64,000 nucleotides of DNA, taken from an uncultured Desulfobacterales bacterium. Its GTDB lineage: Bacteria; Desulfobacterota; Desulfobaccia; Desulfobaccales; 0-14-0-80-60-11. This document shows, piece by piece, positions 25,549 to 34,327 of the stretch; the first letter of the stretch is position 1; each line of letters starts with the position of its first letter. The translations under genes were made by a program, and so were the position numbers. Location: positions 184,057-248,056 of the forward strand of contig CAYZOP010000003.1 of the NCBI GenBank assembly GCA_964480485.1. The letters are read 5' to 3'. The notes below the pieces were generated by a model. The model had not been told where the DNA came from, ran no database searches, and saw only the letters and a list, made by a program, of their open reading frames with translations.

Positions 25549-28427
25549 GGCGATCCCGGCTCCCGGTGGATGGGAAGACTGAACCTGATGGACGTGCCTC
25601 GGCCGGGCTGGCTCTTTAACTCAAGGGTGCCTCCCAGCATGCGCAGGCGCTCCGTCATGGTGGCCAGCCCCATGCCGCAGCCCCCCTGCTTTCCGGCAGG
25701 CAGGAGGGCCGCCTCCATGCCCCTGCCGTCGTCCTCCACAGAGCCGATAATGCGGTTTCCCTGATGCTGGAGCCGAATGACCACCCGGGAGGCCCCGGCA
25801 TGTTTGCCGACGTTGGTGAGTGCTTCCTGGAATACCCGGTAGAGGTTGGTCTGGGCTTCGGGACCGAGGAATTCATCCACTGATTCCACCTCGGCCTCCA
25901 GGACTTGGAAGTCAGGGTGCCGGCGGAATTCCTCCACCAGGTGGCGCAGGGCCGCCGACAGGCCCAGGTCCTCCAGGACCGAGGGGCTCAGGTCCCGGGA
26001 GAGGCGCCGGACGTTTTCCACGATGGCGTCGAGGTACCCAAGGATACGGGCGCAGTCCTCCCCCATGGCGGAGTCCGTGGCCCGCCGTTCGATGTTCCGC
26101 AATTGCATCTTGAGGACCAACAGCGACTGGCCCAACTCATCGTGCAGTTCCCGGGAGAGGCGGCGGCGCTCCTCTTCCTGGGCCGAGAGCAGCTGGGAAG
26201 TCAACAGCCGCAACTGGGCCTCCGTCTGCCGCCGTTCGGTAATATCCCGGGCAATGGTGGAGTAAAATTGCTCCTTCCCTCCAGGGTCCCGGTGCACAAT
26301 GACCACCTGGGAAACGGGCACCTCCCGCCCGTCCCGGTCCAGGAAGGCGGTTTCCCCCTGCCAGAGGCCTTGAGCCCGGGCCGTGGGCAGGGCCTCCTGC
26401 ATCAGGAGGGTTTGCGCCCAAGGAGGATGGCATTGCAGGAAATGCATGCCAGCCAGGTTCCCCTTAAGAGGCAACCCCAGCATCCGGCGGCCGGCCTGGT
26501 TGATATAGAGCACGGTGCCGGACACGTCGGTGACGCCCACAAAGTCCGAAGTCGCCTCCAGGATGGCGGTGAGCCGCTGCTGGGCCTCCTCGGCCCGGAC
26601 CCGGGCGGTGATGTCGATGCCCATCTCCAGCACCAGGGGGGAGCCATCCCAGTCGGCGAACGGGTAGTCGTGAATCTGAAACGTCCGCCCGTCAGGCCGG
26701 GTCCACTCCCAAACGTGCGGCGTGCCGGTGTGAAAGACCCGATTGGTGGGACACTCCGTGCAGGGCTGGTCCCGCCCCCACAGAATTTCATGGCAGGGGC
26801 GGCCCCGGGGTTCGCCGAAATTCTCCCGGAAAAACCGGTTGGCGAATTTCACCCGGTAGTCCGGGGCCTGGAGAAAGACGTAAGCCGGCAAATGGTCCAG
26901 GAGAGAGAACAGGCGGCGCCTCTCCATCTCCACGGCCGCCTGGGCTTCCCGACGCTCGGTGACGTCCTGCCCCACCACGAGGATTTCCGCAGGCTGGCCG
27001 GCCGCATCCCGGATGAGGCTGGCATTCCACAACAAGAACCGCTCACCCCCGTTTTTCAGGAGGATGGGGAACTCTAAGCTGCGGACCACCTCCCCGGCCC
27101 GGATGCGGGCGAACTCCTCCCGGGCCCGGGGCAGGTTCTCTGGCTTGAGCAAGAGGGAGAAGACGTCGCGGCCCTGGACTTCTTCCCGCCGCCAGCCGCT
27201 CAAGCGCTCGGCTTCATCGTTGAATTCCAGGATGCGGCCGTCGGGGGACAGGGAGACCACAAAACTGGCGGCGGTTTTCAGGAGGGAGCGGTAGCGGTTT
27301 TCAGAGTCCCGCAGGCGGGCTTCGGCCTCCTGGCGTTGGGCCATTTCCTCCCGGAGTTGCTCATTGGCCCATCTGAGCTCCGCTGTGCGCTCCGCCACCC
27401 GCAGCTCCAGACTGTCATGGGCCTGGGTGAGCCGTTGTTCCGCAATCTTGCGGAACGAGATGTCTTCGGCCAGCAGGAAGCAACCCAGCACCTCCTCTCC
27501 TTCGCCCCGGTGCGGCAGAAAGCGGATGTGCCAATGGATGGACTGCCCGTTGGGCAGCCTCAGCGGCGTTTCCCATTCCGTCGGCTGCCCGGCCAGGGTC
27601 TGAAACAGAATAGGCTGCAGCTGGCGAGCGAGCTCCGGCCCCAAAGCCTGGGACACCGGCAGGCCCAACACCTGCTCCGGCGCCACCCCGAACCACTGTT
27701 CATACTGCCGGTTGACAAAGCCCAGTCGCCCCTCCCGGTCCGCATAGGCGATGAGCACCGGCAGGCTGTCGGCGATGAGGCGGAGGTGGGCCTGGCTGCG
27801 CCGCACCGCCTCCTCGGCGCGATTGTTCAACAGGGCGACGGCGGCCAGCTCTGCAAAGCCTGAGGCCAGGCGGCAGTCGTCCTCCGTAAAGCCCCCGGGT
27901 TTGTTGGCCAGCCCCAAAAGCCCCACCGTCTGGCCTTCGGCCTTCAGGGGGGCGAACAGAACATTTTCCAGCGCCACATGCCCATCCGGCAGAAACCGCT
28001 GATGGCGGCTGGCGGAAAAATCGTTCTCGCAGACCGTCTGCCCGGTCCGGTAAGCCTCAGCCCGCAGGCCCCGGATAGGCATGGGAGCCAGGGGGTCCAC
28101 ACTGCACGGCAGCCCGCCGGCCTCCAGAAATACCACCTCGTTGGCGTCCCCTGCCGGGTTGGCCAACGAAATATAACCCGCCGGCGCCCCGATGAGCTCC
28201 CGGCAATGGTCGAAGATCGCCCGGGCGGCTGCGGCAAAGGTGCGGTTCCGGGAGAGGGCCTGGGCTGCAGCCAGCATTCCCCGCAGCTCACGCTCCCGGT
28301 CCGGGGGCAAGGCCGGATCCGGCGCGTCAGACTGGGTCCCCTTGCGGCTTGGCTCCATTGGGGTTCCGTGCTGTTGGATTGGGTAGCGGCGTCGGGGAGG
28401 CGACGGCCGGCCGCACTGACGCCCCAT
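25545..28427 (-). CDS. multi-domain sensor histidine kinase (GAF, several PAS, HisKA_3, HATPase_c)
   Basis: The GAF-like N-terminus is GYISLANPAGDANEVVFLEAGG...LLGLANKPGGF. At least four PAS-like blocks follow, then RRRLSRELHDELGQ (HisKA_3) and GRGME...GMGLATMTERL. The 3' end overlaps the response-regulator start by 4 nt. The start is uncertain (28427 or 28358). Confidence 0.9.
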   Translation of the reverse strand: MGRQCGRPSPPRRRYPIQQHGTPMEPSRKGTQSDAPDPALPPDRERELRGMLAAAQALSRNRTFAAAARAIFDHCRELIGAPAGYISLANPAGDANEVVFLEAGGLPCSVDPLAPMPIRGLRAEAYRTGQTVCENDFSASRHQRFLPDGHVALENVLFAPLKAEGQTVGLLGLANKPGGFTEDDCRLASGFAELAAVALLNNRAEEAVRRSQAHLRLIADSLPVLIAYADREGRLGFVNRQYEQWFGVAPEQVLGLPVSQALGPELARQLQPILFQTLAGQPTEWETPLRLPNGQSIHWHIRFLPHRGEGEEVLGCFLLAEDISFRKIAEQRLTQAHDSLELRVAERTAELRWANEQLREEMAQRQEAEARLRDSENRYRSLLKTAASFVVSLSPDGRILEFNDEAERLSGWRREEVQGRDVFSLLLKPENLPRAREEFARIRAGEVVRSLEFPILLKNGGERFLLWNASLIRDAAGQPAEILVVGQDVTERREAQAAVEMERRRLFSLLDHLPAYVFLQAPDYRVKFANRFFRENFGEPRGRPCHEILWGRDQPCTECPTNRVFHTGTPHVWEWTRPDGRTFQIHDYPFADWDGSPLVLEMGIDITARVRAEEAQQRLTAILEATSDFVGVTDVSGTVLYINQAGRRMLGLPLKGNLAGMHFLQCHPPWAQTLLMQEALPTARAQGLWQGETAFLDRDGREVPVSQVVIVHRDPGGKEQFYSTIARDITERRQTEAQLRLLTSQLLSAQEEERRRLSRELHDELGQSLLVLKMQLRNIERRATDSAMGEDCARILGYLDAIVENVRRLSRDLSPSVLEDLGLSAALRHLVEEFRRHPDFQVLEAEVESVDEFLGPEAQTNLYRVFQEALTNVGKHAGASRVVIRLQHQGNRIIGSVEDDGRGMEAALLPAGKQGGCGMGLATMTERLRMLGGTLELKSQPGRGTSIRFSLPIHREPGSP

Positions 28428-28626
28428 TGGGGAAGAAATTTTGGGACAACGTTATCAAATTTTTAGATGGAAAGGAACACCTCAGGTGGGATTGAAATGA
28501 AGGAGATAAAACCAGCCGCCGTTTCCCTTCCCGGATTGCGCCAACCCCGTCGGGGCGGAAGCAGACGTTACCCCGGCTGGGCCGCAGACGGGGGCGCCGG
28601 GCGCAATCCATGAGGTGCTTGGCCGA

Positions 28627-28902
28627 CTATTTCTGGTGAGTCTTTTCGATGCCCTCTTTCAGGTGCAGGCGGACCCCCTGGTTGGTCAGGTGTTCTTCCT
28701 CCAGGAGCTTTCTGATGGTGTCAATGAGATGCAGATCGGCCGTGCTGTATTCCCGGCGCCGGGAGGAAGTGCGCTCCGGCTGCAGAAATTCGGGGAAGCA
28801 TTTCTCCCAATAGCGCAAGGTGCACTTGCGCACCCCGGTGAGTTTGGAAACCTGGTCGATGTTCAGCAAGACTTTGCGCCCGATGGCATCCATGTCGATC
28901 AC
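28627..28902 (-). CDS. short MerR-family HTH transcriptional regulator
   Basis: LNIDQVSKLTGVRKCTLRYWEKCFPEFLQPERTSSRRREYSTADLHLIDTIRKLL is a MerR-type HTH plus wing. There is no long effector domain. Confidence 0.85.
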   Translation of the reverse strand: MIDMDAIGRKVLLNIDQVSKLTGVRKCTLRYWEKCFPEFLQPERTSSRRREYSTADLHLIDTIRKLLEEEHLTNQGVRLHLKEGIEKTHQK

Positions 28903-29170
28903 CTTCCAACTCTGGCCTTAACGCTCCAAGACTTCCCATGAATCTCTTGCAATACTTTTCGAACCGAGCCGTGGACTTCTTTAAATTTTTCTTGACCCAA
29001 ACAACCACGCCGCTCCAGGGGTTCCTATCCGGGCCGGCGCGGCCGGAGGAAGCCTCCGGCCCTGGCAGGCCTGGCGCCTGGCGCCTGCAGCACCCTTCTT
29101 GTCGTCTCACTTTTTGCCGGGATGTGGTATGGTGAGGGCACCTTGCCGGAGAGGCTTTCAGGAGGAGGCC

Positions 29171-32100
29171 ATGAGCAGAGCCATCGGGGATCCGGGCCGT
29201 TGTGCGAACCGGCGACCTCGGGTGCAGGTGTGGGCAGCCGCTTTGCTGCTGCTGTTCGGAGTCATCTCTGGTGCGGTGGCCGCGTCCCCCACGGGTCCGG
29301 CCACCTCCCACGGCATCGACCCCAACCGGGAATTCACCATCCTTCGCATCGAGCCGGATATCTCCCGGGAGGAAGTCCGGCTGGTTTTCAGCCACCCACT
29401 GCCCCGGGAAGTGCTGGCCGCCCATCTGCGCTTCCTGCCGCGGCTGGCGGTAAACTGGCAGGGTTCCACCGTAAGCCCCGAAGGCGTTCTCACCCTCAAG
29501 GGAAATTTCCGCTTCGGCCGGACCTACCAGGTAAACCTGCCCGAAGACCTGCAGGTGGCGGGCCGCACCTATAAAAAGACCGTACACCGGTTTTTCCTCC
29601 CCGACCGGCTGGCCCGGCTGGAGTATGTGGAGCACCAAAACGTCATTGAACGGGACAGCCGCCAATTGCTGCATGTGCGGGGCGAAAACGTCGGACCGCT
29701 CCTGGTGGAGGCGCTCACCGTGCCGCCGCTGCTTCTTCCCCAGGTCCTGGCGGCGGAGCGGGAGGGCGCCGCCCCGGCGCAACTCCAGGAGCTTCTAACG
29801 ATGGCCCTCCAAGAGCTGAGGCCCCTCCTCCGGGAGGTGCGGTCCCTGGAGGGATTCACCGCCGCGCCTCTTCTGGAAAAGCAATTGTTCGGGGTCTCCC
29901 TGGAAAAGAACAGGATGACGGCCATCTCCCTGCCCCTCACCTTCCGGGCCCTCAAGACCAGGGGAGGCCTGGCCTTTATCCGGGTGCAGGACGAGCGCCC
30001 CGGCAGCGGGGCCCGGACCCCCTCCCGCCTCTTTTCCCTTACCGACCTGGGCCTCACTTATAAGGCAGGAAGCCAAAGCCTCCTGGTCTGGGCCAGCTCC
30101 CTGGCGGCAGGGCAACCCACCCCCGGGGTCCAGGTGGCGGCCATCACCCGGGACCTGGAGGTTTTTCCCCTGGGGGAGACGGGGCAGGACGGCACCCTGG
30201 AATTCGGCGGCCGGGAACTTGCCGGGCTGGCTCTGAAGCAGCTGGGGGGCTTTGCCCCGGTGAAGCGTCGGGTGGCGGCCGAGGAAGTCCGGTTTCTGCT
30301 GGCCGGCAAAGGCGAGGATGTCACCTTCCTCGCCGTCAAGGCCCAGGGCGCCATGCAGCCCGCCAGGGTGTGGCAGGTGCCGGCGGAGGCGGCGGTGCGG
30401 CCCCTGCGCGGCCAGGTCTTCACCGAGCGCGGCGTCTATCAGCCCGGGGAGCGGGTGTTTTTCAAAGGCGTGGTTCGGCAGTGGCGGGACGGTCGGATCT
30501 TTTCCCCGGTGGGGGACCGGTGCTCCTTTGAGGTGGTAAGCTCCAGGGGCGAAAAGATTCTCTCTTCCGAAGCCCGGCTTTCGGAATTCGGCACGGCGGC
30601 GGGCGAACTCACCTTGCCCGGCCACAGTCCCCTGGGCACCTACACGCTGATTATGCGCTTCGGCGCTGACCTGAGCCAAGCCGCAGGGACCGCCCCGGAC
30701 CCTGACCGGGAGACGGAGGAAACCGACGAGACGCAGGGCGAGCAACGACCCAGGGAGGAGGCCCGGACCACCTTTGAAGTCCAGGAGTTCAAGCCGCCCC
30801 GCCACTATGTGGAGCTCAACTTTCAGCGCCTGAGCCGTCCGGACCCTGGCTACGTCAACCGGGAACGCCGGGGCGAATTCGTCCGCATCGGCATCACCGG
30901 CGGCTATTACGCCGGAGGCCCGGTGAAGAACGGCCAGGTGCGCTGGAAAATCTCCCGGACCAAAACCCACTTCCAGGTGCCGGGGTTTGAAGACTTCACC
31001 TTCGGCTACGACGAAGGGAAGCGGGAGGAGCTCATCGAGGCCGGCCAGGCCCTGCTGGATGAGCAGGGGCGGGGGGAGATCCTCTTTCCCCTGGACCAGC
31101 CGGTCCTCACCGGCCGCCACGGCCTCCTGGTGGTGGCCACGGTCCTGGATTTTGACGGCCGGGCCGCCTCCCAGAGCCAAACCTTCCAGGTGGAACCCGA
31201 GATTCTGGTGGGCATCAGCCGCCTTCCGGACAGCCTGCGGGTGGGAGAGTCCCAGACGGTGCGGATCGTGGTGGTGAAGCAGGGCAAGGCCCTGAAGACC
31301 GGCGCCATCCAGGCCGAGGTGCTCCAGGAGGGCTGGACCTATCTGGCCAAACGCAACGACCAGGGGGACCTCTATTGGGATGAACAGCCGGTCTGGCGCC
31401 GGGCCTTTGCCAGCACGCTCTCCCTGGAAAAGGGCGAGGCTCGCTTCGCCGGCGATTTCTCCCGGGGCGGTCCCCATCTGTTGTCCTTCACCTACCGGGA
31501 TGCCGCCGGCTTGAGCTTTGCCGCCGCCGCCTCCCTGACGGTGGAATGGGGCTACGACGAGGCTGGCCGCAGACGCCGCCATTCCTCCTATCAACCTCTG
31601 GAACTGTCAGCCGACCGGGCGGCCTATGAACCCGGCCAGACCGCCCGGCTCACCGTGTCCGCCAAGCGCCCCGTGACCCATTACCTGGTGACGGTGGAAC
31701 GCCAGGGCATCCTGGCCCGCCAGGTGGTGGCCGCCAAAGGCTCCTCCCAGGACCTGGAGATTCCCATTCGGGCCGATTACGCCCCCAACGTCTTTGTCTC
31801 GGTTTTGGGCTTGAGCCCCCGGGGCGATTTCCCGGTTTACGCCGGCCGCTACGACGCCGAGGCGCCGGGGTTGGTCTGGCGCACCCTCAACCTGCCGGTG
31901 CGCCTGGAGGTGGAGGGACTGGCGGTCAAAATCGCCCCGGACAAACCGGAGTTGCGGGCCGAACCCGGGGCCCGGGTCACCCTGGACTTCCAGGTCGCCG
32001 GCAAGGATGGCCGGGGCGTGGAGGCTGAACTGGCGGTGGCCGTGGTGGACGAAGCGGTTCTGGCCCTCACCGGCTTCAAGACCCCCACCCTGGACGCCCT

Positions 32101-34327
32101 CCTGCGCTTCGACCTGCCCCTGAGGGTCGCCACCGGCGATCTGCGGGCCCTGCTGCTGCACCAGACCCCGTTTTATCTGGCAAAAAGCGAGGCCCTCACC
32201 GGCGGCGGCGGTCTGCAGGAAGACCTGGTAGCCAAGCTGCGCCAGCGCTTTCGGGCGGTGGCCTACTTCAACCCCGCCTTGAGGACCGACTCCCGGGGCC
32301 GGGCCCAGGCCGTTTTCACCCTGCCTGACAACCTCACCGCCTTCCGCACCTATGTGGTGGCCCTGGACCGGGGCAGCCGCTTTGCCAGCACCCAGCGGCC
32401 CCTGGTGGTGAGCAAGGATTTTTACCTGGAGCCCGGGATGCCGGGGTTCTTCACGCAGGGCGACACCTTCCGGTTCCAGGTGAACGCGGTCAACGGCACC
32501 CCCCAAGTCGGGCCCCTGAAGTTCAGCGCCACTGCGGACGGCGGGCTCTTTCTCAAGGCCGGGGAGGCGGCCGCCACCCTGCCGGCCAAAGACAGCCTCA
32601 AAGTTTCGGTGAGCGGCGAGGCGGCCCAAGCCGGGCCGGCCGCGGTGCGTTTCGCCGGGGAATTCCTGGGCCGGGCTGACGCCGTGGAGCTGCCGGTGCG
32701 GGTCAATTCCGGGCTCGTGCGGGAAACCGAGGTCCTTCTGGGCTCGTTTATCGGCAGCGAGGAGCTTTCTCTCACCCTCCCTCCCCTGCTGACCCAGGGG
32801 GCGGCCAACGCGGCCCCGGGCGAGATGCAGGCGGTGCTCACCTTCACCGGTTCGCCCTTTGTGCGCCTCTCCCGGGCTATCCGCTATCTGTTGACCTACC
32901 CGTATGGCTGTGTGGAGCAGACCGCCTCCGGCGTCCTGGGTCTGGCGGCTCTCAAGGACGTGGTCCAAAAGGGGCTGGTGGAAGGGGTCAACGCCCAGGA
33001 GCTGGACGCCTACTTGAAGGGCGGCCTCAGCCGTATCCTCAGCCTGCAGACGCAGACCGGGGGCTTTGCTTACTGGCCCGGCGGCCGGGAGACCCACCCT
33101 TGGGGGACCCTCTATGCCGCGGCCGCCCTGGGGCTGGCCAAAGCCAAAGGTCTGCCGGTGCCGGAGACCGGGTTGCACCGGACCGTGGATTACCTGAAAT
33201 ACCGCATCAAGGACGAACGCACCCCGCCGCCTTACAAGGCCTTTACTGCCTACGTCCTGGCCCTGGCCGGGGCTTTGGACCGGGCCACGTTCACCCAGGC
33301 AGCCAAAGAGGAGCCCCGCCTCCACCGGGAAGGGAAAATCCTTCTCATCCTGGCGGCCCGGCAGGCCAACCTCAAGACCCCCAAAGACCTGAAAGCGGCG
33401 CTCAAGCCCTTGCTGACCCTCCGGGAGGAAAAGCCGGCATGGGCCGATGAATTTCAGGCACGGTTCCGGGGGCCGGCCCTGGCGTTGTTGGCCGGGCAGC
33501 TCCTGCTGCCGGGCGACCAGGAGGTCAAGGAGGCGGCCCTCTATCTTTTGGGCGGATTGGACCGCCAAGGACTCTGGACCTCCACCAGCGACACCGGATG
33601 GGCCCTCCTGGCCTTGGGGGAATATTACCGGGGAGCCAGCTTTAGCCGGGAGCCCGGCACGCTCACGGTCAGCCAACCCGGGGGTGGAGTTCAGCAGGTC
33701 ACCGTGGAGCCCGCCGGCTTCCGCCGCGTCTCTCTGGACCCCGCCCTGCTGCTCCGGGCCCCCAAGGTGCAGCTCACCGGACCGCCTGGACGCACGTGGT
33801 TATATAAGCTGGAACTCACCACCCCCCGGCCGGATATCGCCAAGACGGGGGAGGCCAAGGGCTTCGGCGTGCAAAAGACCATAGCCAACACCGACGGCTC
33901 CCAAGAGATCAAGGTAGGCGATCTGGTCAAGGTCACGGTCTCTCTGGAGGCCGCCCACCGCAGCCAGCGCTACGTGGTGCTGGACGACCCCCTGCCCGCC
34001 GGCTTGGTGGCCATCAACACCGCCTTCAAGACCGAGGAGTCGGTATCCCACCGCCCGGGGGATGCCGAGGAGGGGGAGGAAGATCCCTTTGACTATTTCG
34101 GCCCCGGAGGGATCCTGCGCTATCGCCCCAACTTTTTCGAGATCCGGGGAGACCGGGTATTGGCCTTCCGGGATGAGGTCTGGTCCGGGCCACAGGTGTT
34201 TGAATACTACGCCCGGGCCGTATGCGAGGGCACCTTTGTCATCCCGGCCACCAAGGTGGCTGCCATGTACTCCCCCCAGGTGCATGGCTATTCCCCCCAG
34301 GGCCGGCTCACCATCAAAGGCCGCTGA
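29171..34327 (+). CDS. bacterial alpha-2-macroglobulin family protein with thioester motif
   Basis: 1718 aa from the ATG at 29171 (GGAGGAGG RBS). It has a signal peptide, and YPYGCVEQT contains the CxEQ thioester (nt 32909-32920). It is followed by pbpC, as in classical A2M operons. Confidence 0.95.
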   Translation: MSRAIGDPGRCANRRPRVQVWAAALLLLFGVISGAVAASPTGPATSHGIDPNREFTILRIEPDISREEVRLVFSHPLPREVLAAHLRFLPRLAVNWQGSTVSPEGVLTLKGNFRFGRTYQVNLPEDLQVAGRTYKKTVHRFFLPDRLARLEYVEHQNVIERDSRQLLHVRGENVGPLLVEALTVPPLLLPQVLAAEREGAAPAQLQELLTMALQELRPLLREVRSLEGFTAAPLLEKQLFGVSLEKNRMTAISLPLTFRALKTRGGLAFIRVQDERPGSGARTPSRLFSLTDLGLTYKAGSQSLLVWASSLAAGQPTPGVQVAAITRDLEVFPLGETGQDGTLEFGGRELAGLALKQLGGFAPVKRRVAAEEVRFLLAGKGEDVTFLAVKAQGAMQPARVWQVPAEAAVRPLRGQVFTERGVYQPGERVFFKGVVRQWRDGRIFSPVGDRCSFEVVSSRGEKILSSEARLSEFGTAAGELTLPGHSPLGTYTLIMRFGADLSQAAGTAPDPDRETEETDETQGEQRPREEARTTFEVQEFKPPRHYVELNFQRLSRPDPGYVNRERRGEFVRIGITGGYYAGGPVKNGQVRWKISRTKTHFQVPGFEDFTFGYDEGKREELIEAGQALLDEQGRGEILFPLDQPVLTGRHGLLVVATVLDFDGRAASQSQTFQVEPEILVGISRLPDSLRVGESQTVRIVVVKQGKALKTGAIQAEVLQEGWTYLAKRNDQGDLYWDEQPVWRRAFASTLSLEKGEARFAGDFSRGGPHLLSFTYRDAAGLSFAAAASLTVEWGYDEAGRRRRHSSYQPLELSADRAAYEPGQTARLTVSAKRPVTHYLVTVERQGILARQVVAAKGSSQDLEIPIRADYAPNVFVSVLGLSPRGDFPVYAGRYDAEAPGLVWRTLNLPVRLEVEGLAVKIAPDKPELRAEPGARVTLDFQVAGKDGRGVEAELAVAVVDEAVLALTGFKTPTLDALLRFDLPLRVATGDLRALLLHQTPFYLAKSEALTGGGGLQEDLVAKLRQRFRAVAYFNPALRTDSRGRAQAVFTLPDNLTAFRTYVVALDRGSRFASTQRPLVVSKDFYLEPGMPGFFTQGDTFRFQVNAVNGTPQVGPLKFSATADGGLFLKAGEAAATLPAKDSLKVSVSGEAAQAGPAAVRFAGEFLGRADAVELPVRVNSGLVRETEVLLGSFIGSEELSLTLPPLLTQGAANAAPGEMQAVLTFTGSPFVRLSRAIRYLLTYPYGCVEQTASGVLGLAALKDVVQKGLVEGVNAQELDAYLKGGLSRILSLQTQTGGFAYWPGGRETHPWGTLYAAAALGLAKAKGLPVPETGLHRTVDYLKYRIKDERTPPPYKAFTAYVLALAGALDRATFTQAAKEEPRLHREGKILLILAARQANLKTPKDLKAALKPLLTLREEKPAWADEFQARFRGPALALLAGQLLLPGDQEVKEAALYLLGGLDRQGLWTSTSDTGWALLALGEYYRGASFSREPGTLTVSQPGGGVQQVTVEPAGFRRVSLDPALLLRAPKVQLTGPPGRTWLYKLELTTPRPDIAKTGEAKGFGVQKTIANTDGSQEIKVGDLVKVTVSLEAAHRSQRYVVLDDPLPAGLVAINTAFKTEESVSHRPGDAEEGEEDPFDYFGPGGILRYRPNFFEIRGDRVLAFRDEVWSGPQVFEYYARAVCEGTFVIPATKVAAMYSPQVHGYSPQGRLTIKGR

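Noticed and set aside
29795-33676. Two long reverse-strand ORFs (599 aa and 689 aa) inside the alpha-2-macroglobulin gene
   Set aside because: They are antisense to a continuous 1718-aa A2M ORF with a thioester motif. Their translations are low complexity.
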